IMG/VR virus record: IMGVR_UViG_3300031413_000001 | From: a virus | Lineage: Duplodnaviria; Heunggongvirae; Uroviricota; Caudoviricetes | Direction: 5' to 3' (one strand) | Length of the DNA stretch: 64,000 bases | Part shown: positions 56,505-64,000 of the stretch, piece by piece | Layout: the number at the start of each line of letters is the position of its first letter | Numbering within the stretch: the first letter of the stretch is position 1 | The notes under the pieces: model-generated | Told to the model about the DNA's origin: nothing | Database searches by the model: none | The model's input: the letters and a program-made list of their open reading frames with translations, nothing else | Made by a program: the position numbers and the translations under genes

Positions 56505-58514
56505 ATGAAGCGGGAACAGGCCAACAACGTGGAGCAGGGAACGGTAGATCAGTTCGTTGCATCCGACGTCGCTCTCGAGATTCTCTCGGGCGATCGTGAG
56601 GCAACCGAACAGGACCTCGTATATGTTCTGACCGAGGCATCCGATCTCTTCCACAACAGCGAGGATGGCAACAGCTTCATCACTGATCAGCAGTATGATG
56701 AACTGGAAAAGATGCTGAAGGTCCTGGCCCCCAGCAATCGGTTCCTCACCACGGTGGGTTCGGATGTTCGCGGTGGCAAGGTCGACCTTCCCCATCCCAT
56801 GGGCTCACTCGATCAGTGCTATGAAGGCGAGACCATCGAGTGGGTCACGAAGAACGGCTGGCTCGATGAACTGTTCGTTGTTTCGGACAAACAGGACGGA
56901 ACGTCGGCCCTCAACGTTCACACCAAGAACAAGCTGCAGATTTCCTACTCCCGTGGTAATGGCTACCAGGGCGCGGACATCACGCGTCATATGACGCGCA
57001 TCAAAGCGGTCCCCACCAAGGCCAAGCTGAACGCAACGGTTCGTCTTGAGGTCATCATGGCCGACGACGTGTTCGCTGCAATGCGGACTCAGGCCGAGGC
57101 AGAGGGTGGTCGCGTATATAAGAACGCCCGCAATTACGTTGCAGGTCGTATGAACGCCAGCGAGTCGCCGGACAGCTTCTACGACAACGTCAGTGTTATC
57201 GCTACTTCGGTGGTCGAGCCCAAGATGGGCAAGCTGGAGCAGATCAAGCTTCTCGAGGAAGCTGGCTATCGGTGTTCCCCATACGTTGCGGTTCGTGGTC
57301 GTGAACTCACGGACGCATATCTGACGGAGCGGCTCAATCGACGCCGCGCAGAAAGCCCAACGGCTCTCGATGGTCTGGTCATCGATCTCGATGATGCAAC
57401 GATCCGCGCCAACTTGCGACGCAATTCCAGCAGCCTCAATCCCATGTACTCGCGGAAGTTCAAGGTCGGCGGCGAAGACAACGTGGCGATCGCCGAGGTC
57501 GTGAAGGTTCACTGGAACCCCAGCAAGAGCGGCTACTTGAAGCCTCGCGTGGAGATCAAGCCGGTCGACCTCGTGGGTGTGACGATCACTTACGCGACGG
57601 GCTTCAACGCCAAGTTCATCAAGGAACGGTCGATCGGGCCGGGCGCCAAGATCCAGATCACTCGCAGCGGCGATGTCATCCCCTTCATCCAGAAGGTCGT
57701 GGAGCCGGCAGCAACCTGGCAGGAGCCCAGCGAGGCCGAGTTCGGCGAGCTCTGCTGGACCGAGGGCGACGTCGATCTCTTCCTGAAGGATCCCACGCAG
57801 AATCGACAGGTTCAGCTGGAAATCATCAACAGCTTCTTTGGCTCGCAGGGCCTGGACGTTCCCCATCTTCGTGAGGGCAGCATCGAGAAGCTCTATGATG
57901 CAGGGCTGAAGACGCCGGCTTCCATCATCCTGGCCGACGAGGCAACGCTCAAGGCAGGGGCCGGTGACAGCGCAGGCACCAAGATCTACAACGGGCTCAA
58001 GCTCAAGCTGGGCAACGTGGAACTGGGTATCCTCGCAGGCTCCAGCAACCTGATGGGCCGCGGCATCGGTCGCCGAAAGATGACCAAGCTGATCGAGGCA
58101 ATGGGCAGCGACCCCGTGTTGGTGGCCTTCCCGGGTGTTCAGCTGGCCAAGGAAATCTCCGCCCTCGATGGCTTCGGCGATATCATCGCCCGCACGATCG
58201 TGGAAAACCTCGACACCTTCCGGGCGTTCCTGAAGGAAATCGACGGCCACTACACGCTGGTACAGCCCAAGGAAAAGGTCACCGGTGGTGATCTCGATGG
58301 CGTAACGGTCGTGTTCACGGGTATCCGGGACAAGGATCTGGAGGCCAAGATTGAGGCACGTTCGGGTCGGATCGGCTCCTCGGTCAACAAGGACACCACG
58401 TACTTGGTGGCCAAGGATCCCGACGGCAAGAGCAGCAAGCTGGTAAAGGCCGCTGATCTTATCGGACAGGAGAACATCATCTCCATCGCGAAGGCAAAGG
58501 AACTCTGGGGATAA
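56505..58514 (+). CDS. ligA: NAD-dependent DNA ligase
   Basis: ITDQQYD, MGSL, KQDG, SRGNG..G.DIT, NARN, RSGDVIP, BRCT; no zinc-finger cysteines. Confidence 0.93.
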   Translation: MKREQANNVEQGTVDQFVASDVALEILSGDREATEQDLVYVLTEASDLFHNSEDGNSFITDQQYDELEKMLKVLAPSNRFLTTVGSDVRGGKVDLPHPMGSLDQCYEGETIEWVTKNGWLDELFVVSDKQDGTSALNVHTKNKLQISYSRGNGYQGADITRHMTRIKAVPTKAKLNATVRLEVIMADDVFAAMRTQAEAEGGRVYKNARNYVAGRMNASESPDSFYDNVSVIATSVVEPKMGKLEQIKLLEEAGYRCSPYVAVRGRELTDAYLTERLNRRRAESPTALDGLVIDLDDATIRANLRRNSSSLNPMYSRKFKVGGEDNVAIAEVVKVHWNPSKSGYLKPRVEIKPVDLVGVTITYATGFNAKFIKERSIGPGAKIQITRSGDVIPFIQKVVEPAATWQEPSEAEFGELCWTEGDVDLFLKDPTQNRQVQLEIINSFFGSQGLDVPHLREGSIEKLYDAGLKTPASIILADEATLKAGAGDSAGTKIYNGLKLKLGNVELGILAGSSNLMGRGIGRRKMTKLIEAMGSDPVLVAFPGVQLAKEISALDGFGDIIARTIVENLDTFRAFLKEIDGHYTLVQPKEKVTGGDLDGVTVVFTGIRDKDLEAKIEARSGRIGSSVNKDTTYLVAKDPDGKSSKLVKAADLIGQENIISIAKAKELWG

Positions 58515-58693
58515 TGCCCGACAGCGCAGTCAAGTGGATCTTTATCGCAATGATGTCACCAATGGCCTTCATGGCCATTGGTACAGCAGTGGAAGGTTAT
58601 TCCAAAAACATGGCGAAGCGTGACATAATTGTTGCTTGTTATCAGGCAGGCAATAAGGATTGTGACAGGCTTTGGAACAAGGAGATCAAGTGA
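58514..58693 (+). CDS. 59-aa membrane protein, not in ORF track
   Basis: overlaps both neighbours, N-terminal TM. Confidence 0.55.
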   Translation: MPDSAVKWIFIAMMSPMAFMAIGTAVEGYSKNMAKRDIIVACYQAGNKDCDRLWNKEIK

Positions 58694-59097
58694 TGAGCAC
58701 CGGCGGTTTTAATCCCATTGCAGGCATTGGCCTGACCCCGCAGTTCCAGGACCCCGGCGAAAAGCGTTTCAGTTCCGCGGACTGCCTTCAGGCTCTGATG
58801 GACCGAATCAAGGACGAGCCCGAGTTGGTTCGAAACCAGTTCAACATCGTCTCCAAGGAAGAGTCCGGCGAGATGCACATGAAGTTCTGGCCGGCGATCT
58901 TCGACGCTGACAACTGGACCCGCAAGTCCACTCATCGCCCCACGCACAACGCGGAGGGTGAATCGCTCGGCGGCACCAATCGCGAAGTGCGGGAATACGA
59001 GAATGACTTCTGGCTCGACGAGCGGAAGTTTCTCGAGGGCACGGTGACCACCGAGTTCGGCGAAGTCATCGACGTCACGGTGGTTGCTCGCTGGTGA
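58693..59097 (+). CDS. hypothetical protein
   Basis: AAGGAG SD, TGATG overlap. Confidence 0.7.
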   Translation: MSTGGFNPIAGIGLTPQFQDPGEKRFSSADCLQALMDRIKDEPELVRNQFNIVSKEESGEMHMKFWPAIFDADNWTRKSTHRPTHNAEGESLGGTNREVREYENDFWLDERKFLEGTVTTEFGEVIDVTVVARW

Positions 59098-59318
59098 GCA
59101 AAGCCGAGAAGTACGACCGAACGCACAAACTTCTCCAAGCCGGCCTTGAGGAGAAGTATTTTGGCGGTCAGGAAGTCACGGACCGGCTCCGGCACAAGCT
59201 GGACGTGATGTGGAAGCTCTCGGTGGAATCCACGATGGATTGGTCTGAATCCGTCAACGATGAAATCCAGGGAATCAAAGACTATTATGCAATCTTAGTT
59301 GACCTCGTGGTCACCTAA
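59094..59318 (+). CDS. hypothetical protein
   Basis: GTGA overlap. Confidence 0.6.
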   Translation: MSKAEKYDRTHKLLQAGLEEKYFGGQEVTDRLRHKLDVMWKLSVESTMDWSESVNDEIQGIKDYYAILVDLVVT

Positions 59319-59350
59319 GTTGTTGAAATGCGCGGGGTCGCGCACTAAGT

Positions 59351-60391
59351 ATGAGTATGAGTGATGCACCCCGCGTAGGATTCTGTTGCAAGTTTGAGAC
59401 CTCCGACAAGGTCCTTGCAAAGACCATGAACCAAGCGTCCACGACGCTTACCGCCCTCCGAAAGATGGCACCCAAAGAGGCATACGATAAGATCCATGGC
59501 CTCGTAACCCACAACGTCGCAACCCTTTACCGGCAGCTGGAATGGATCAGCCTCCAGCCCAAAGAGATGCGACTGTTTCGTATTGGCTCGGACTTTCTCC
59601 CCGCCTTTACGGTAACTGATCTGGAATGGATCTATCAGGACGCAGACATGAAGCGTCTGATCGAGGACGGCCTCCGGGACGTGCGAAAGACCGCTGATGC
59701 TTCGGGCATTCGTCTCTGCACCCACCCCGGTCAGTTCACGATCCTTTGCAGCCAGAAGCCCACGGTGGTCGACAATGCAATCATCGACTTGAACTACCAC
59801 GCCTACTTGGCAGAGCGTATGAGCTATGGCGACACCTACCATAGCAGCGGCTTTGCCATCAACATCCACGCCAACAACAATCTCGATCCTGGTCTGGTAC
59901 AGCTCAAGGACGTGATCGCCAATCGTCTGAGCCCCACACTTCGGAATCTTCTGACCATTGAGAATGATGAGTTCGGTTGCTCCGTGGACGAGATCATCGC
60001 AGCCAAGCTGTATGATCACGTGGCGTTGGTTCTTGATATCCATCACCACTGGGTTGAGAGCAACGGCGAGTACATTCTACCAACCGATCCACGTATCGAC
60101 TTTTACAAGGCAAGCTGGCACGGCATTCGTCCGCTCAGCCACTTTTCAACTTCCAGCGAGGAGTTGCTAAATGGTGCTTGCTCTGTGACGCGACCAGACT
60201 TTATAGCACTTGGTACGGCTGGTCACAAACCCAGCAAGCTACGGGCGCATTCTTATGGTTGCTGGAACGAAAGCAGCAATGAGTGGGCTCTAAGCCACTT
60301 GGTTTGGACTGACATTGAAGTCGAGGCGAAGGGAAAGCAAATTGCGTCACGGCAACTTTATGAACAAGCCAAAAGGACCGGTGTGGTATAA
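59351..60391 (+). CDS. uvsE: UV damage endonuclease
   Basis: LFRIGSD, HPGQF, IENDE, LDIHHHW, RAHS, EAKGK. Confidence 0.92.
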   Translation: MSMSDAPRVGFCCKFETSDKVLAKTMNQASTTLTALRKMAPKEAYDKIHGLVTHNVATLYRQLEWISLQPKEMRLFRIGSDFLPAFTVTDLEWIYQDADMKRLIEDGLRDVRKTADASGIRLCTHPGQFTILCSQKPTVVDNAIIDLNYHAYLAERMSYGDTYHSSGFAINIHANNNLDPGLVQLKDVIANRLSPTLRNLLTIENDEFGCSVDEIIAAKLYDHVALVLDIHHHWVESNGEYILPTDPRIDFYKASWHGIRPLSHFSTSSEELLNGACSVTRPDFIALGTAGHKPSKLRAHSYGCWNESSNEWALSHLVWTDIEVEAKGKQIASRQLYEQAKRTGVV

Positions 60392-60803
60392 GGAGCCGGT
60401 AAAGTGGCTATTTGAATCGCAGGAAGGCTACCTCCTGCTATTCATCCTAGTAGCCACTGCCCCGCTTTGCTGGGCCCTCTGGGAAGGCTTCCGTGACGCT
60501 TCGTTGGGGCGGGCAACCGTATTCCGAGGCAGCATCGGCATCGTAGGAGTCGCGGGCGCAATGTGGCTTCAGATGGGCAATCCACTTAACTGGTGGCAGC
60601 CCTTCTTTGGTCAGCAGATGACCGTCAACAAGGACAAGATCGCCCGGCGAGAACAGTCGGGTGAAACTGCCGGTGCAGTTCAGCAAGAGATCCGAGACTG
60701 GGTCAAGGAGATGGCCAAGAGCCGCTTCTATGAACTGAATCCCTACACGTACAAGTTCCTGAAAAAGGCTGATGCAGCGATGTTCAAGTTGGCCTGGGGC
60801 TGA
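60360..60803 (+). CDS. FKLxW-family protein with two N-terminal TM helices
   Basis: IRDWVKE; YKFLKKADAAMFKLAWG. Confidence 0.8.
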   Translation: MNKPKGPVWYKEPVKWLFESQEGYLLLFILVATAPLCWALWEGFRDASLGRATVFRGSIGIVGVAGAMWLQMGNPLNWWQPFFGQQMTVNKDKIARREQSGETAGAVQQEIRDWVKEMAKSRFYELNPYTYKFLKKADAAMFKLAWG

Positions 60804-61054
60804 TGGACGACGCGCTGTCCTACCTGCTGAACTCCCGGACGGTCTTCTGGGAGGACATTGGGTTGCCCACCAGATCACAAATGGATACTCCGCTGACTTG
60901 CCATCTTCGGAATATGTGGGATACCGACGTCAGTCCCTGGTTGCAGGAGTTCATCGTTCACGACTATCATGAGCACGGTGCAGGTGTTTGGTTTGCTGAT
61001 CGAATGGATGCCATCCACTTTATGCTTGTGTGGAACCGACGGCTAAATCCATAG
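60803..61054 (+). CDS. FKLxW-family protein
   Basis: VSPWLQE; VWFADRMDAIHFMLVW. Confidence 0.75.
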   Translation: MDDALSYLLNSRTVFWEDIGLPTRSQMDTPLTCHLRNMWDTDVSPWLQEFIVHDYHEHGAGVWFADRMDAIHFMLVWNRRLNP

Positions 61055-61091
61055 CAGGGTAAATACTGGGAAGCCCACTGGAGGTAACCCA

Positions 61092-61850
61092 ATGCCCAAC
61101 ACTATTTTTGAAGCCCTCGTAACCGAGGCACAGTTTCGCGTTGCCAAGCACGCTATTCTGGGAAACACAATCAATGAAGCGATCGAGGAAGTCTCGCGTG
61201 AAATGGAACTCGAAGAGTCCGAGATCCGCGAACTATCGGAGCGCGTGAAGAAGCCACTCCCGGTCCAGGAAGACGATGAGTCGGAGCCCGAGTACCCTGT
61301 TGCAGGGGAGAACGGTGATGATATCATTGAAGCTTCCCCGTCGTCCAGCGACACAATCTACTTCAATAGTGCCGATGAGCTCGAGACTGCCGTTGGCGTC
61401 CTGATGTACAAGGGCATTCCCTGGGTAACCAAGGGTGAAGACAACATCGTGTTCCAGGATAGCAGCTTCGTGGCCAAGGCCCATGATGCACTCAAGCGCC
61501 GCTGGGACTTTGTCAATCAGGATGAGCGCACGGTTGCCATCTTGGAGTTTGACAACTTGGACGACTACCAAAAGGTTCTGGATTTTATCGCCAGCAAGAA
61601 CATGAGCGTTCTAAAGGGAACCAACGATGAGCTAATGGGTGACCTGGATCAGGAACTCAGTGAGGCAGAAGCAGCCCACAAGCGCGCAGCCAAGGATGCC
61701 AAGGAAAGCGGACGTCCTGCTCCTGAGGCTCCCAGCCAGAGCATGAGCTATCGTGCCCTCCACAAGGACAAGCTCACTGATGTCTCGTCCCTTGATGCAG
61801 CCTATGATCGCACGTCGCGTTGTCTTCGAGTTGTCAAGCGTTGGAAATAA
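61092..61850 (+). CDS. hypothetical acidic late protein
   Basis: TAAATA 61060, GGAGG SD. Confidence 0.7.
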   Translation: MPNTIFEALVTEAQFRVAKHAILGNTINEAIEEVSREMELEESEIRELSERVKKPLPVQEDDESEPEYPVAGENGDDIIEASPSSSDTIYFNSADELETAVGVLMYKGIPWVTKGEDNIVFQDSSFVAKAHDALKRRWDFVNQDERTVAILEFDNLDDYQKVLDFIASKNMSVLKGTNDELMGDLDQELSEAEAAHKRAAKDAKESGRPAPEAPSQSMSYRALHKDKLTDVSSLDAAYDRTSRCLRVVKRWK

Positions 61851-61907
61851 TGACAAACGGGTACCAGGTTGTCCATAGTGGGTTAAGATATCCACTAGGA
61901 GAATGCA

Positions 61908-62165
61908 ATGACTACCCCAAATCTCAGCCAGGAAGACACCAAGAAGCTCAAGCGTGTCGTTGACGAGGGCCTGAAGATCATGCAAGAGGTCAGCGACCTC
62001 AAGGCTGGTTTCAAGGACGTCGTCAAGGCAGTTTCGGAAGAGCTTCAGCTGAAGCCCGCGCTGGTCAACCGTGCAATCACGGCAGCGTTCAAGGCCTCGC
62101 TGGAAGAGGACAAGGCAGCAATGGACGAGGTCGAGGAAATCCTCGCAGCCGTCGGTCGCGCCTAA
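61908..62165 (+). CDS. T4 DsbA/GapR-like dsDNA-binding protein
   Basis: 85-aa helical protein with LK..FKDVVKAVSEELQLKP pattern. Confidence 0.6.
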   Translation: MTTPNLSQEDTKKLKRVVDEGLKIMQEVSDLKAGFKDVVKAVSEELQLKPALVNRAITAAFKASLEEDKAAMDEVEEILAAVGRA

Positions 62166-62172
62166 CCAGACT

Positions 62173-62198
62173 AGGGGAGAGGAAACTCTCCCCTTTTC
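62173..62198 (+). terminator. rho-independent terminator
   Basis: GGGGAGAG/CTCTCCCC plus T-run. Confidence 0.75.
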
Positions 62199-62288
62199 TA
62201 TGTCAGAGTGTCCTGAATATTGGCTCCATGATTGTTCTGGTGCTACGGTAAATATGCACCCTACAGTAAGAACATAAGGAGAATCTGT

Positions 62289-64000
62289 ATGTCCTATGTC
62301 GACGCAATGTATGACAAAGAAAAGGACGAGATTCTCATCGTAGAGCGCATTGGTGGTCAGCGGGTCTATAATACGATCCCAGCCAACTATGTGTTCTATT
62401 ATGAAGATCCTCGCGGAGGTCGCTACAAGGATATGTGGGGTCGCCCCGTATCCAAGAGCAGCTTTACCTCCAACAAAGCATTCCAGCGTGAGCTGAAGAT
62501 GCAGGGAAGCCGCAAGATTTATGAAAGCGATGTCAACCCAATTTTCCGCTGCCTAGAGGAAAACTACAAGGGAATTGAGTCGCCGGTACTGAACATTGGC
62601 TTCTTCGATATTGAAACGGACTTTGATCCGGCTCGTGGCTTTGCGGATCCTTGGGATCCATTCAGTGCCATCACGGCAATTTCCGTTCATCGAACTTCCG
62701 ACAACACCCTCTACACGATGGCGCTCAAGCCCAACCTGCCTGTCAATGACAAGGATCACCTGACTTGGGAGGCCGCGGATGCAATCTGTCGTTCACTTCC
62801 CAACACGATCCTTTGCAATGACGAAGTGCAGATGCTGAACATGTTCCTCGACTTGATTGAGGACTGTGATGTTCTCTCGGGCTGGAACAGCAAGGGATAC
62901 GATATCCCCTATGTTATCAATCGCATCGAGCGTTTGATGGGCAAAGACCACAGCAAGAGGATGTGTCTCTGGAACCAGCGTCCTCGTCGCCGAAAGTACA
63001 TTGAGTTCAAGAAGGAAAAGGAAACATACGAGCTAGTTGGCCGTATCCACCTGGACTACTTGGAACTCTATAAGAAGCACAATCCCAGCGAGCTTCACAG
63101 CTACCGACTGGATTATGTTGGTGAAATCGAGACTGGTGAAAACAAGGTTGCCTACAGTGGAACCTTGGACAACCTGTACAAGCGGGACTTTCACAAGTTC
63201 CTGGAGTACAATCGCCAGGACACCGCACTGCTGAACAAGATTGACCAGAAGAAGCGATTCATCGAACTGGCCAATCAGATTGCTCACACGAATACCGTTC
63301 TGCTTCCAACGACCATGGGCTCCGTGGCGCTGATTGAGCAGAGCATTATCAATGAAGCGCATGAGCGTGGAATGTGTGTCAGCAATCGTAAGCGTCCAGA
63401 CTTTGAAGTCGATATGGACGAGGACGATTGGGACGAGGACGAAGATGGTCCAAGGCCAGCAGGCTTTGGTGAAAAGCGACCAGTTGTGGGTGCCTATGTG
63501 GCAAAGCCAAAGATTGGCATCCATGAGGAGATTGCTTGCTGCGACATCAACAGTCTGTATCCATCGGCACTTCGCGCACTCAACATGGGTCCCGAGACGC
63601 TGATTGGTCAGATTCGTCTGGACCGAACCAACGCGCTGATTGACAGTCGTTTGGCTCAGGGTATTCCTGGTCCGGAATGTTGGGAAGGCTTGTTCTGTAC
63701 TCTTGAGTACACGATGGTCAATGAAAAGTCCAAGGAAGCAATGACTGTGGACTTTGAAGATGGTCACAGCATCCAGGTAACTGGTGAGCAGCTTTATGAG
63801 TACATCTTCCTTCAGGGCAATCCCTACTGCATCACGGCAAATGGTACGATCTTCCGTACTGACGTGGAAGCCATTATTCCAGGCTTGCTTGGTAAGTGGT
63901 ACAGCCAGCGTAAGGAAATGCAGTTCAAAGAAACTGTCTACTCGGAAGCACTGGCACAGAGCAAGGGCTTTAAGGTACAGTGGGAAAAGTTCACCCCCGA
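62289..64000 (+). CDS. family B DNA polymerase (3'-truncated; absent from ORF track)
   Basis: MSYVDA start with AAGGAG SD; ExoI FFDIETD, ExoII GWNSKGYD, motif A DINSLYPS. Confidence 0.93.
   Translation, partial: MSYVDAMYDKEKDEILIVERIGGQRVYNTIPANYVFYYEDPRGGRYKDMWGRPVSKSSFTSNKAFQRELKMQGSRKIYESDVNPIFRCLEENYKGIESPVLNIGFFDIETDFDPARGFADPWDPFSAITAISVHRTSDNTLYTMALKPNLPVNDKDHLTWEAADAICRSLPNTILCNDEVQMLNMFLDLIEDCDVLSGWNSKGYDIPYVINRIERLMGKDHSKRMCLWNQRPRRRKYIEFKKEKETYELVGRIHLDYLELYKKHNPSELHSYRLDYVGEIETGENKVAYSGTLDNLYKRDFHKFLEYNRQDTALLNKIDQKKRFIELANQIAHTNTVLLPTTMGSVALIEQSIINEAHERGMCVSNRKRPDFEVDMDEDDWDEDEDGPRPAGFGEKRPVVGAYVAKPKIGIHEEIACCDINSLYPSALRALNMGPETLIGQIRLDRTNALIDSRLAQGIPGPECWEGLFCTLEYTMVNEKSKEAMTVDFEDGHSIQVTGEQLYEYIFLQGNPYCITANGTIFRTDVEAIIPGLLGKWYSQRKEMQFKETVYSEALAQSKGFKVQWEKFTP

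Noticed and set aside
1-64000. Stop-codon reassignment
   Set aside because: TAG, TGA and TAA all end genes at expected positions, and conserved genes are uninterrupted.

Overview
A 64-kb piece of a large (jumbo-type, distantly T4-related) dsDNA phage genome in standard genetic code. The host is probably an alphaproteobacterium: promoters read TTGACW-N14-GCTA, and one small exported protein looks Sphingomonadaceae-like. Recognisable genes are an M15 peptidase endolysin, two virion fibre/structural clusters (9.8-19.2 kb and 47.8-54.8 kb), a putative holin, MazG x2, a DnaE fragment, GroES, Nth, clamp loader, dCMP deaminase, HAD nucleotidases x2, PhoH, tRNA-Pro/Arg/Leu, ClpP, NUDIX, IF-1, two nucleotidyltransferases, DnaJ, ClpA, a RyR-domain protein, NAD-dependent ligase, UvsE, a DsbA-like protein and the start of a family B DNA polymerase. 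The most striking feature is about 46 small, highly diverged paralogues sharing a C-terminal F-x-[DN]-x3-A-x2-F-K-L-x-[WF]-G motif. They lie in translationally coupled arrays, several behind near-leaderless promoters. At least five are fused to short peptides resembling conserved motifs of core phage proteins: three separate major-capsid (gp23) segments including the Gol region, the terminase Walker A, and a PolB motif B plus RNR NPCxEI. There are also stand-alone fragments of tail sheath, ATP-dependent ligase and DnaE. I infer a possible scaffold-plus-bait (decoy) system against pattern-sensing host immunity. All homologies are recognised from memory of motifs; no searches were run.
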